DNA of 64,000 nucleotides from the human T2T-CHM13v2.0 reference genome, Homo sapiens: assembly GCF_009914755.1 (NCBI RefSeq), contig NC_060934.1. One strand, written 5' to 3'. The notes beneath the pieces were generated by a model. That model did not search any database. It was not told where the DNA came from and worked only from the letters and a program-made list of their open reading frames with translations. The position numbers and the translations under genes were made by a program. Shown here one piece after another: positions 43,236 through 56,290 of the stretch (its first letter is position 1; each line of letters starts with the position of its first letter).

Positions 43236-44629
43236 ATAAGTCATCTCTTCATTTCTGCCCTTTTTTTTTGGGCCTAGGCCAGGCCTTCTGCTCTTATTCC
43301 TTTCCCTTCCCCCACTGATAAAATGGGATAGGCCTGCTCTGTCGCTTCCTCAGCCTCAGCTGCAAGCCTCTGTGTATGATCTGGAGCTCAAGAGAGAATG
43401 TCTGTCATATTTTTGCAAAGGAGGTACTTTTTTTTTAAAGCAAAACCAATTTATCTTAGAAATCATGTATTTGCTGGGAACAGAAGTTGCCCAGAGTTAG
43501 CTTAGGTAAGGAAGAGTATTCTAAGGTTATGGACCTGCTGGAATCTAAATAAAATCTGGCCATTTAAGCCACAGGAACGATGGGGATCAGGCTACTCCTA
43601 GGACAGCAGTAGCAGCAGGGTTCCTGACCTTGGCATTGGAGCTTTGCCATTAACTCCACAGCTAAACTCTACATGTTAATGTTTTATCGGCTCTGCTCCC
43701 ATCTCAAAGATTCCATCTCAAATTCCTGGGAGAGGCACATCAAAGGCCATCACATTGGGCCCGATGGCCATCACTGATTGATTGAATTAGCTGTGGACAG
43801 GGGCCCCCAAAATGTATGGTGCTCCTTATCATTTTACTGCAATGTTATTCCTACAGCTAAGAGTAGATCAGAATGCCCAGAATGAGTGAAGGCACCCAGA
43901 AACATCAGGCATTTTTTTTTTCCTGATAAAACTTGAATATCTTTGGAGTTTCTTTTTCTAGTGGTTGGACCCAAATGTCTCTGCTCTAAATTTTTTAAAA
44001 CTTTAAATTTTTTAAATTTAATTTTTTATCACAATATATACTTGCTTGTGCTGATGGCAAATGATACCCTCTCCTTGGGACAAAATAACAACAGAAAAGA
44101 ACCTGGGAAGAAATCAGAGGGGAGAGCGTCAGGTTTCTAACCCGTTAAGGGGAGAAGACATCAGGGTCTAAATCTTAACTCAGACACTGGACTGTCCTAA
44201 TTCATTTTGGCAAAAATGATGACAGAGATATAGAATGCAAGACATCTTTGTAGCAAACCTCTGAATCTGGAATAGTAACACCCTGAAATGAAGTAGGTGA
44301 GAGCGCCCAGGACAGTGACTGGCACATAATAGAAGCTCAGTTAGTGATAATATTGATTGTGATGTTAACTCCTGAAGGCAGGGATCACCATATACCTAGG
44401 CCTAAGTGCAAAATAAGGTTGTTAACTGAATAGCTGATGTTGCACCATGGCCCAGTGAGAGCAGAAAATGCATCGCATAGGAGGGACTTGGTGAAAAAAA
44501 GAGAGACAGCCTGGATGGAAAGAAAAAGAGCTGGAGAGAAATGAACTTGGCACCTTTTAGAAGACACTAGAGATGCCATTGCAGACTAATTACTATTATT
44601 ACACTGGGGGTGATGTGTGGGCACCTGTT

Positions 44630-45835
44630 TTTTTTTTTAACTTAGTGTTTTACTGAGGTAAAATACACATACATGCCATCTTTACTATTTTTAAGTGTAC
44701 AGTTAATGGTAATATGTACATTTATATTCTATTTTTTCCCTTCATCCCTCCTCCCCTCTACCCTTCCCGGCCTGTAGTACCCACCAATCTACACACTATC
44801 TTCAAGAGATCCACTTTTTATTTTATTTTAATTAATTAATTAATTTATTTATTTATTTAGATAAAGTCTTTCTCTGTCACCCAGGCTGGAGTGCAGCGGT
44901 GCAACCTCGGCTCACTGCAGCCTCTGCCTCCTGGGTTCAAGTGATTCTCCTGCCTCAGCCTCCTGAGCAGCTGGGACTACAGGTACCCACCACCATGCCC
45001 AGCTAATTTTTGTATTTTTAGTAGAGATGGGGTTTCACCATGTTGGCCAGTATGGTTTTGAACTCCTGACCTCAGGTGATCTGCCAGCTTCAGCCTCCCA
45101 AAGTGCTGGGATTACAGGGGTGAGCCACCATGCCCAGCAAGAGATCCCCTTTTTAAACTCCCACATATGAGTTAGAACGTGCAATATTTGTCTCTCTGTG
45201 CTTAGTTTATTTCACTTAACATAATGACCTTCAGTTCTATCCATGTTACTGCAAATGACAGGATTTCATTCTTTTTTATGGCTGAATAATATTCCATTCT
45301 GTATATATACCTCTTTTTTTAATCCATTCATCCATTGATAGGCACTTAGGTTGAATCCATATTTTGGCTATTGTGACTAGAACTGCAATAAACATGGGAG
45401 TGCAGATATCTCTTTGATATGCTAATTTCCTGTCTTTTGGATACACAGCCAGTAGTGGAATTGCTGGATCATATAGTAATTCTATTTTTAGCTTTTTGAG
45501 GAAATGCCATACTGTTCTCCACAGTGATTGTACTAATTTACATTTCCACCAACAGTGTATGGGTTCCCCTCTTTCCACAACTTTGCCAGCATCTGTTATT
45601 GCCTCTTTTTGATATAAGCCATTTTAACTAGGGTGAGATGATATCTCATTGTGGTTTTGATTTGCATTTCCATGATGATTAGTGATGTTGAGCATTTTTT
45701 CATATGCTTTTTGGCCATTTGTGTATCTTCTTTGGAGAAATGTCTGTTCAGATCTTTTGCCCATTTTTTAATCAGATTATTTGGTTGTTTGCTATTGAAT
45801 TCTTTGAGCTCCTTATAAATTTTGGATATAGCCAT
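44630..45835 (-). mobile_element. L1MA-type 3' fragment interrupted by an Alu
   Basis: Reverse ORF2 C-terminus ([17 protein letters not shown]; [15 protein letters not shown]) and 3' UTR. Confidence 0.88.
44821..45138 (-). mobile_element. AluS
   Basis: Dimeric Alu. TSD aagagatcc(a/c)cttttta at 44804-44820 and 45139-45155. Confidence 0.92.
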
Positions 45836-46023
45836 GGATAAGAACCACTGGTTTTAAAAATCATTCTGAATCTGCTCTAATTATATCCATGAACTTCTGG
45901 GGGTTTGTGATTTTCCTGAACCTGGAGGTATTATGAGGAGACCACTTAAATATGGATTTACAAGTTGGCACCATGTAATTGGTCCATCATAATGATCAAT
46001 GATCAGAAATGTTTTGGGGTGTT

Positions 46024-46396
46024 TGTGGAGTCCTGATAAGATAAGTAAGCAACAATGAAGAAGGGGACCCAGGTAGGGGGCGGTGGGGAACAATTATTCT
46101 GAGAGATGGCTGACCACAAACAACCCACTGGCACAACTTTCTGTTCCCAAATACCTCCCTCCATATGTGGCCCCAGCAGCATGACCTTGTCTGCACATAG
46201 CCCCTCCAGTGTGACCCTATTAAACTTCCCTGAAGCTCTTGCCTCTTTGCCAACAGCCCCTTCTCTGCTGTGCTGCCCATTGCTTCCTTGCAATGTACTT
46301 TCCCTCTAATAAACTTTCTTTCTTTAACTCACTACTATTTTGGTAAATTCTGGTACCACCCTTGACGCCAGCCCCAGTCAGTTGGCACCGACAACA
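46024..46396 (+). mobile_element. LTR47-like ERVL solo LTR
   Basis: TG...CA termini (tgtggagtcctgataag...gacaaca), TATA-like tattaaa and AATAAA at ~46308. Confidence 0.7.
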
Positions 46397-46788
46397 GTTT
46401 CTAGCTTCTGAGGGAGATGGGAGAAAGAGTGATGAATGATAGAAGGGCATCACTTATTGAACATGTGCCATGGCCCCAGCTGTGCCCAGGATCCAGTGTC
46501 TGTGACTGGTCAGTCCTTGCAACAAGCCTTGAAGTGAGTCCTATTATACAGATGAAAATTATTTATAGATGAGGAAATGGACGCTAATGTGGCTAAGTAT
46601 GACTTGCAACATTGGCTTAGATCACCCCACCAATGTGGCTCATGTGAGAAGAAGAGAGAGGTGGGGGGCTGTCTTGGGAGTCATTTTAAATGCAAAATAA
46701 ATGATGATGGTGAGTTTGAAAAACCTCAATGTGTCTCTAAGTCCAGAGCTTAAGAAAAGCCCCAAAAAGTGCAAAATAGCCTTTTTAC

Positions 46789-47432
46789 TGTAAGCCAAAA
46801 AGTATCTGAGACAGGTCTAAATCAATTGAGAAATTTATTTTGCCAACATTTAGGATCATGACCCATGACACAGCCTCAGGAGGTCCTGAGAACATATGCC
46901 CAAGGTGGTTGGGTTACAGGTTGATTTTATAAGTTCTAGGGAGACATAAGACATCAACCAATATATGTGAAGTATACATTGGTTTGGTCCCAAAAGATGA
47001 GCTATCTTGAAGGGGGATTGGGGGGAAGTTGAGGGTTGGTGCAGCTTCCTGGTCATAGGTGGATTAAAAGATTTTCTGACTGGCAATTTGTTAAAAGAAT
47101 TAGTTTATTATCTAAAGACCTAAAATCAATAGAAAGGAATGTCTGGGTTAAGATAAGGAGTTGTGGAGACCAAGGTTCTTATTACGTAGATGAAGTCTCA
47201 TAGGTGACTGTCACTTTACAGGCAATAGATAGCAAATGTTTCCTATTCAGATCTTTAAAAGGTGCTAGACTCTCAGCTAATCTCTTCAGGATCAGAAAAA
47301 GACCTGGAAAGGAAAGGGGATTCTCTACACAATGTAAGTTTCCTCCCCCACAAGACAGTGTTGCAGGGCCATTTCAAAATACGTCCAGGAAATATATTTT
47401 AGGGTATAATACTTTGATTTCTTTCAGGGCCT
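46789..47432 (-). mobile_element. MER4-family ERV1 LTR
   Basis: tgtaagccaaaaagtatctgagacaggtct...cagcctcaggaggtcctgagaacat...gggccatttcaaaata typical of MER4A/B. Confidence 0.85.
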
Positions 47433-47559
47433 GATGTATTTAGATTTGAATATTTAGATTATTAGATTTAATTTATTTAGATTATTAGATCATTTAAACT
47501 TTTAGATATTATTTAGACTTTGATTTATTTAGATTTGAGAACACAAATTTAGTTTTTAT

Positions 47560-47690
47560 TTTGAAACATAAATAGAGATGAGGTCTCCCTATGTTGCCCA
47601 GGCTGGTCTCGGACTCCTGGGCTCGAGTGATCATCCCACTTCTCCCTCCCAAAATGCTGGGACTACAGGCATGAGCCACCATGCCCAGCC
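47560..47690 (-). mobile_element. Alu monomer (FLAM-like)
   Basis: Single left arm in reverse. Confidence 0.8.
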
Positions 47691-48028
47691 TTTTAAGAAT
47701 ACAAATCTATTAAAAAGATTTATTTCATCCAGAGTAGCTATGGGTTGTTAAGTGTTTTTCTTAATCAATGAACAAAGAAGTAGGAGGTTTGTGAAAATTG
47801 ACTTAGAGGTTAGGAACTTCATCATGTATAAAAATCTGCATATTAATGATAACAATGGAAATACTAATTCACTGGGTACTCCCACTTTGTGGCAGCACTT
47901 CGTGAATCACCTTAGAAGTGTTATGTCACATAATTTTTATCATGATCCTATACTTGACATAGGAAGTAAAAAATTTCCCCTTTTTACAAACAAGGGAAAT
48001 GAGGCCCAGAGTGATTAAATGGTTTTCC

Positions 48029-48352
48029 TGGCTGGGCAAGGTGGTTCACACCTGTAATCCCAGCACTATGAGTGGCTGAGGTGGGAGGATCACTTGAGCC
48101 CAGAGGTTCAAGACCAGCCTGAACAACATAGCAAGATGCTGTATTTGCAGATAATAATTTAAAAAAGTTAGCCATGTCATGGCCCATGCCTGTAGTCCCA
48201 GCTACTTGGGAGGCTGAGGTGGGAGGATCACTTATGCCCATGAGGTTGAGGCTGCAGCGAGCTATGATTGTACCACTGCACTCCAGCTTGGACAGAGTAA
48301 GACCCTGGAGTGAGACCCTATCTCAAAAAATAAAAAAAAAAATGAAAAGAAA
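48029..48352 (+). mobile_element. AluJ
   Basis: ggatcacttgagcccagagg...gaggctgcagcgagctatgatt, A-rich tail. Confidence 0.88.
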
Positions 48353-50014
48353 AAAGGTCTCATGTCTGGTCAGGGATGAGGTAGATGGGCTGCGAGGTTT
48401 TTGAATGACTCTAAAATACTAGGCAAGGTGGATGGCTGGGGAACCATCACTTATACACTGAGTTCCCAGTAGGCTTAGGCACTGTGCCAGGCATTTTCTG
48501 TTACTTGAACTCCTTTAATATCCTACCAACATCATCCTGCCTTCCCCCTCTAAAGGACCACAGCCTGGCTGGCTTCTGAGGTGGCATTTGGGAAGAACAG
48601 GTTTTTCCTGGGAGCCTGCTTTCCTTTAGATCCTGCCCCTGCAGTCCTTCCTGGCTATGGCTCAGAGTTCCAGGACAGAGGCCTGGCTACTAACTGGTTT
48701 CCTTCAGCTCAGACAGAGCTGGAGGGCGAGAAGCTACAGAGGCATCCTTGAGGGGCCCAGTGGGTATTTGCTCAGCTCCCATGATCCCATCCAGATGTGA
48801 GGAGCACAGTTGGCTAATTAAGCTGAAAGCAGCATTAAGAATCCCAGGGAAGAAATCAAGACATCTGTTCCCCTCAGATCCTCACTTGGTTCCTTTGTGT
48901 TGCTACTTGGTAAGAACGGGGCCCCCTCCTCCCAGCTAAAGGCCAGTAGTTGGGTGGGGGTGAGGGAGATGAAGGGGAGGGGAAGGCAGTTAGGAGGAGC
49001 TGCCCAAGAAGCAATGTTTTCCTCCTCCCTTCTGTGTGTGCGCCCCAGGGCTGCGCATTTTACTTAACACCTACATTTAGTGGAACCAGCCCCATTTCTA
49101 TTTGGGAATAGCTTGCAGACCTGATTTTCTTTTCATGCAATTGACAGAATTGGCAGCATTCCCTACCCCACCCCCCTACACTGATTTTTTTTTTCAAGTC
49201 ATGTCATGTGAGCTGCCTCCACTGCCCCATCCACTAGAGAAATAAGGCTATTATCTGAATTATCAAGGTGGATAAACAGAACAAAATTTTAACGAAAGCC
49301 CTACATTTGACCTCACGTGCCTGGGTAACTCAGCCCAGAGTAATGCAGATGCAAGCACCACTCAGCTCTCCCCGGGTGCAAGTGAGGCAAAAACCAAGGG
49401 AAGCTCAAAATCATTTCTTTTTCTCTGGTTTAGAGTGAAACCAGAGATTGGATGCACGCATTCACTACCATGCAGTATGCTCCCAGCCTCCTCTGGCACC
49501 CAGGTGGGAACAGGGAAAAGATGTCAGAGGAAGGTAACAGAGGCTTATACATTGAATATTTATTAGATGCCATTCAGTGAATAGTCAGTTCTACATCTTC
49601 TTGTTTTTGTTACTGTTTATAATAAAAGCTAATATTTATGGAGTGCTTACATTTGCCAGGCATTGTTTTAAGTACCTTTTTATTCTCACCTGTTCTTATA
49701 TCATCTGCTATTCAAAGGATAACTAACTTGGAGGCCACATCCTCAGACTCAGGTCTCTGATCCCAAGTGCATGTCGTTATCACAGTGCTATGCTGTGTTT
49801 TCTGTTTTACATATTTTAAGCTAGTTAGTTGTCATAACCTTCATAATAATGGCTAATTACTCCCATCTTCATTTATAGGCTAGGAAAGTAAGTTAGGCTC
49901 AAGAAGGGGAAACAGAGTTAAGGTGAAGTAAATTAAGCAGCAGGGTAAGCCCCATCTACTGCCACTGCTGGGGCTGCTACTGTTATTATTAGAGTCATAT
50001 CAAGTTAGGCATCA

Positions 50015-50330
<316 letters not shown>

Positions 50331-51124
50331 TCAGTTCTCTGACACCTTGAAGCACAACCTTTTGACTGTTTTGTTCCCTGTTGAATTGGTGAATTCCAAA
50401 ACAGTCTACTTTTTTGCTCCTCTGTGTGGATGTAACCTTCAGGCAGGGCTGCCTGGACTAGAAGACTCCGGGTTCTCCAAGGAGGTCTATTGCCAGTGCC
50501 TGCCCCCGTACCCCTGGGAGAGTCTCCTCACTGGGCAGCCTGAAGCTCTAACTTTCACTGCCTCCTGTAGATCTTTCAATTTGGAAGATATGTAAGAAAA
50601 TTAGTGAAATGAAGAGATGCTAATGAAATAAAAACTCACCCAAGCTTTATATATTTTAATCTTCAGAAATACTTGGAAACCACTATGATTTAATGTTTCC
50701 ACCAAGGTCCAGAAAGTGAGCAAATGTATTTACTAAATTTAAATCCGTTTTTCACACCTGGTGGGCTTCTGTGATATCCTGAGTCACAAGACATCAAAAG
50801 GAAAGTGTATTACAAGAAATGAAAAATTAAGAAACATTTTTTTCTCTGCATAACCCAGTGTAACCCCTAACTACACCTGAGGGACAGGACGATTTTTGTT
50901 TATTTTTTCAGGGTTTCCTGATGAGCAGTTGGTGGGGTCAGCTTACACCCTTCCCGGTATGTGGCTCTTGGGACATTGAGGATGACCAGATCCTCTCTGG
51001 GCGTGTCCAGGGCCTTTTTCTGGACAGTGATCTCTCTTCACCTGCGAGGGTGCCCTCAGTGCTCTCAGGAAAACCTGGGAAATAATTGAGAAGCCTGGAT
51101 GCCCTCCTTCTAGATTTTTTAAAT

Positions 51125-51772
51125 TTGTTTTTTAAAGCTTGTTAATTGACAAAAATCATATATATTTATGGTGTACAACATGAAGTATCGACATGTGTAT
51201 GCATTATGGAATGGCTAAATCAAGCTAATTAAAATATGTATTACCTCACATACTTCTCTTTTTTTGTGGTGAGAACACTAAAAATCTACTTTGTGATTTT
51301 CAAGTATAGGCTACATTGTTATTAACTGTAGTTACCATGCTGTACAGTAGATCTCTTGAACTTATTCTTCCTATATAACTAAAATGTTCTATCCCTTGGT
51401 CAACATCTCCCCAACTCCACCCTACCCCTCAGCCTCTAGTAACTATCATCCAACTTTTTAAAATTTCACATGTGAGACTGTGTGGTTTGTCTTTCTGTGT
51501 CTGGCTTATTTCACTTAACATGATGTCTTCCATGTTCATCCATGTTCCTGCAAATGACAGGATCTTCTTTTTTAGGGCTGAATATTATTCCATTATGTAC
51601 AGATATCACATTTTCTTTTTTCTCTTTATCCGTTGGTGGATACTTAGGTTGATTCCATATCTTGACTATTGTGAATAGTGCTCTGATGAACATGGCAGCA
51701 CAGACATCCCTTTGACATATTGATTTCATTTCCCTTGGCTGTATGCCTAGTAGTGGGTATCCTGGATCATAT
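51125..51772 (-). mobile_element. L1MA-type 3' end
   Basis: atatttatggtgtacaacatg...attacctcacatact...ggcttatttcacttaacat. Confidence 0.85.
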
Positions 51773-54700
51773 CAACAGGGATTTTAAGTTCTGCCAGCTG
51801 CCCTCTCAAATGGGGTGTTGGATTCAGACATACTTAGTTTATACTTCCTGCTCAGTCGTGAGCTGGGTGAGCAAGTCATTAAGCTATCTCTTCTCTTTTC
51901 TGAGATTCTGAAATCTAATCCTTAGAGTTGCTAGATGAGAATGAAGAGTAAAGATGTATTTTGCTTTCCAAATGGCATATCCCAAACTTAAGACAACACT
52001 GACCATGTGCCCAAAGCAGGTCTTGGAGCATAACCCTAACCCTAAAGCTTTCTGCTGTATCTTAAACATTCCTGCCATTTGTATTTTATTCTATAATATA
52101 TGCCCATGCTCGTTTCCATGTAAATAGTGCTCTCTGCCTCTTACCTCTTTGGCTAGAGAACTGACATTCCAGGATGCCTGTGTATTGTGTGCACCCTGTG
52201 ATGCCCTGGAGCCCTTGGCATCAGCTACCTGTCACCACCACCCAGTCCCTGAAGCATGGGTGTCTGAGAAAGTGTCAGCACAGTGCCTGGTGCTTGGTAA
52301 GGCTCATTTAATCCTGATCCAAAATAATCTCTGGAATAAAGGCTGAAGAGGTCACAGGACAAAGGCTTCTTTGGAGGACACCTGTTTGCCCTTCCCTGCC
52401 CCCGGACCGGCTGCTCTTCTGCCTTTATGTGGTTTCAGCTCCCGCTGAGGGACCAAGCACTTGCTGCTCATTGAGTTTGTCAGCATTTCCCCCATGGATC
52501 TCAGACTGACTAATTAGCCTTGCCTGCCGGATTGCTGAAGCCACAGGGCACTGCCAGGCCAGCACTGTTCCACATGGCATCAGCTGAGACAAGCAGGGCT
52601 GGGTCTTTAACCCTATCCTTGTCAACTCTGTGATCTGTGGGTGGGTCCCTGTTGCGTGGGTGTGTTTGGGTTCACATGTAGGGTACACGCCTGTGTGAGC
52701 TTGTGGGATGTGGGCTGTGAGCTCTGTTCATGGAGTTAGCAGCTGTTTACCTGGATGGTCAGAGCTGGTCAGGACACTTAGAAAAACTGAAGCCAAAGAT
52801 TCTTATCAATATTGAATACAATTTAGGGGATGTGGCTGGGGAACTGAAACTATTGCCCTGATTCTGATGCAAAAAAAAAATAAATTTTAATGTCTAACTT
52901 GGCCTTTTGGTTTGAAAGAATCAGGATAACTTTTTAAAAGTCAGGCTGGGCAGAAGATTGTTCTTTCTGTCTCTCTCACATGCATTTAACATAAGTTTCT
53001 TCAAGCTGTGGCAGTGTGAGGTTAAAAACGGATCATGCCATCAGTAATCTCCTGTTTCCCTATCTCTCAACCCCTCCTGCTACTGCAGGGCTGCAATCGT
53101 TGCCCAAAGCCCATCAAGTGTTCTTGGACATACCCAGAGAGTATGCCGTGTGAGCTTACAAGCAAGCCTGGTCGGCTGCTGCAGGTTTCTGCCAGGCACT
53201 GCTGCCCTGGCCTGCCACCGGGCCATCTGTGTATTTCTGCCTCTGCTGGATATCACCACATCTGCAGGGCACTGCTGCTTCCCCATACTTCACTGCCGTC
53301 TCCCACAGAACACCAAGAACTCCCTCCAACAATGCCAGCCCTCCCACTGAGGCATCATGAATGCCCACGAACTTTCCAGGTGCCAGGCATGGTGGTCTGT
53401 GGCAATGTTGGGAGGGAATGGCTGTCTCCAGTGTGTGCTTCCCCAAAGCAGTACTGGCTGCAGCTGCTGCCCGAAGTAGTATTCAGGTGTAGAGCTCTTT
53501 CAGCTTCCACTTTAGGTCCTCTCTCCCTGGAGGATCAGGGTAGTGTGAGGTTAGATCTGAGTAATGAATTCAAACTGACTTGGATTTGAAGCCCGAATCT
53601 CCCAATTGGTAGCATCTGTGCTAGGGAAAGTTCTTCAAAACCTTCATTTGTGAAACAGTACTAAAACAGTAGTACCTAACTCAGGGTTTCATGGAGGCAA
53701 AATGAGCTGATGCATACAAAACTCGGTGTACTTGGTAAATGCCCTGTAATGCTGGCTGATATTAATTAGCTAATAGAGTCCAATGATACAGCACAGAGGC
53801 TGGGGACAGACAGGGACAAGTGACAGATTCAATGCTATCAATAGAATTGCACCTCCCCTCTCACCCTGAGGACTTGATATTGGGTCAAGTTTTCCCTTAT
53901 GTATCTCCCTCTTCTCTTAGGAATTTCACTGCCAGGAGGCCTCTCAGGCCTTATAATAATCTCCTAAAGGGAGTCACCAATTCTTCAGACATATCTGAGT
54001 CCCAGAGCTGATACAGCTTAGGCTCAACATGGGAACTGCTCCCTCTTGTTCCCTATTCATTTGACTCTATCTCTTTGTCCACCTATGCGTCTAAGCATAG
54101 TAGCATTTTTTTTGCATATGTGTGTGTGTCTGTGTCTTTGTGTGTGTATGTGTATAATGACAACTACTAAGTTCTTTGATATTTACTTAAAATGCCCCCC
54201 GTGAGCAGAGACATATAATAGGCTCTATTAGAGGATGCAGATGAAGGATTTAATTTCCCACACTCAAAACAATGTATCTGAATGAGGCATCAGGAAACCT
54301 GGGCTTGCCTCTTGTCTTGGAAGGCCGAGTTGGATAACAAAGGGATGGTGTTGCCTGTGTTGGAGGAGAGAGGTTTTCCTGAACAATTTGTGAAAGTCAC
54401 TATGAATATACTGATGCTCCCTGAAACCAAGAATCCCCAAAGACGCATTATTGGCTCCAGCTTTGTTGGCAATGGGCATACATTTCATTTCCTTCCATCC
54501 TTCAGCTCCTCAGAGCATGCAGAACTTTCTACCATTTAAATGACCCTGCTATGTTATTGGAGGAAGCTGACTCAGGTTAACAGTGAACCCAGACATAATA
54601 GGACTTGGTTTCAGGTGTGGGATTTGGGTGTCTTCTGGGGATACCCGGTACGTCGAAGTGTTCAGCAGCACTAGAGTGTCAGGAGTGTAAACACTCTTTT

Positions 54701-55219
54701 GAATATCTTCCTACATCTTATACTCACACCGCCCTTGCCTGAAACCCTGGAGCTGTTCTACTTGCAGAGGCTGATAGTTTGCAGGGTGGTAGAATGGCAG
54801 AAGGCTCCAGATAAGAGATCATTTCTTCTGAAATACAGTTCTAGCCACTTTTCCACACCCGATTGATGATGTATGGATGCTTGACACTCTCTCGTTGTAT
54901 ACGCAGTTCCTTTGATACCACCTGTAATTCTGTGTCTTATTTCCTACTGAAGGAAGCGTGTGGGTAGGCCCCATGAAGGATCCTTGGGAAAAGCCTATAA
55001 AGGATTTGAAATCTCTGGCAATGGCCATGTGATGAATTTGTCCTTTGTAAAGGATCCAGAGGATACTAAGGAATTATGACCATTGTTCTTAAACAAGGTA
55101 GGCCAAGGCTACTACTGCATCGTATAAGTTACATGCATATCTGCTTGGAGGGATAATAGAGAATTATTATGCACATCCCATATCCCATGTTTGGGGTCTC
55201 ACTGTTCAGGCATATTTAC

Positions 55220-55221
<2 letters not shown>

Positions 55222-55255
<34 letters not shown>

Positions 55256-55264
55256 ACACACACA
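55222..55264. repeat. (CA)n microsatellite
   Basis: CA run with one TA interruption. Confidence 0.95.
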
Positions 55265-55319
55265 CCTTTAAATAGGTTAAGAAAAAATAGTTCCTTTATG
55301 TTTTTTAAAACAAAGCAGA

Positions 55320-55668
<349 letters not shown>

Positions 55669-56074
55669 TCAGGGAGAAATTGATTTTTGCTAGAGGCCCA
55701 CAGTCTTTTCCCAGAGTCCCCAAATTGAATGATTACAGGAGCTGGGCAGATGACCCACGTGTGTTTCAGACTGTGGTAAGACATTAGGGAACGGTACACA
55801 TTCCACATCCAAAAACCCAGTCTAAACCAATCCTCAAAAAACTGCTGGCCAAGCATTTATGGATTTTTCTAAGCAGCAAACCACCAGGCTCTTAGACTCC
55901 CCTTTGCCCCACTGCAGGGTACCCCTGGCCCCTTCTGCCCTGATCTCTCCCTCCTCTTCTCCCCTAGTGGTGGGTGTCTGCGGTATTCTCCTGCTTCTTT
56001 CACCATTTTATCCTGCATGGTTCCCTCATTGTTCAATTAGGCTTTGAACTCTTCAAATGGTGGGGTAGGCAGAT

Positions 56075-56290
56075 GTGGACTTAAGTTTCAGCTCCGCCAA
56101 TTTCTGGCTGTGTGGACTGGCTGTTTAAATTCTTAGAATGTCAGTTTTCTGATTTGTAAAACTGGAATAATGATAATACCTCTTCAGAAGTTGTTTAAAG
56201 ATACGATCGTAACATTAAGATGCTTAGCACAGCGCCTAGCATATGTTCCATACACGCTAGTTGTTGTTACTGTTGTTATTATTATTTATC
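56075..56290 (+). mobile_element. MIR
   Basis: tcagttttctgatttgtaaaactggaataatgataatacc...gcttagcacagcgcctagc. Confidence 0.72.

Noticed and set aside
53035-53589. 184-aa ORF
   Set aside because: Cys/Pro/Leu-rich composition typical of chance ORFs, no recognisable domain or exon structure, and it runs into MIR-like sequence at its end.
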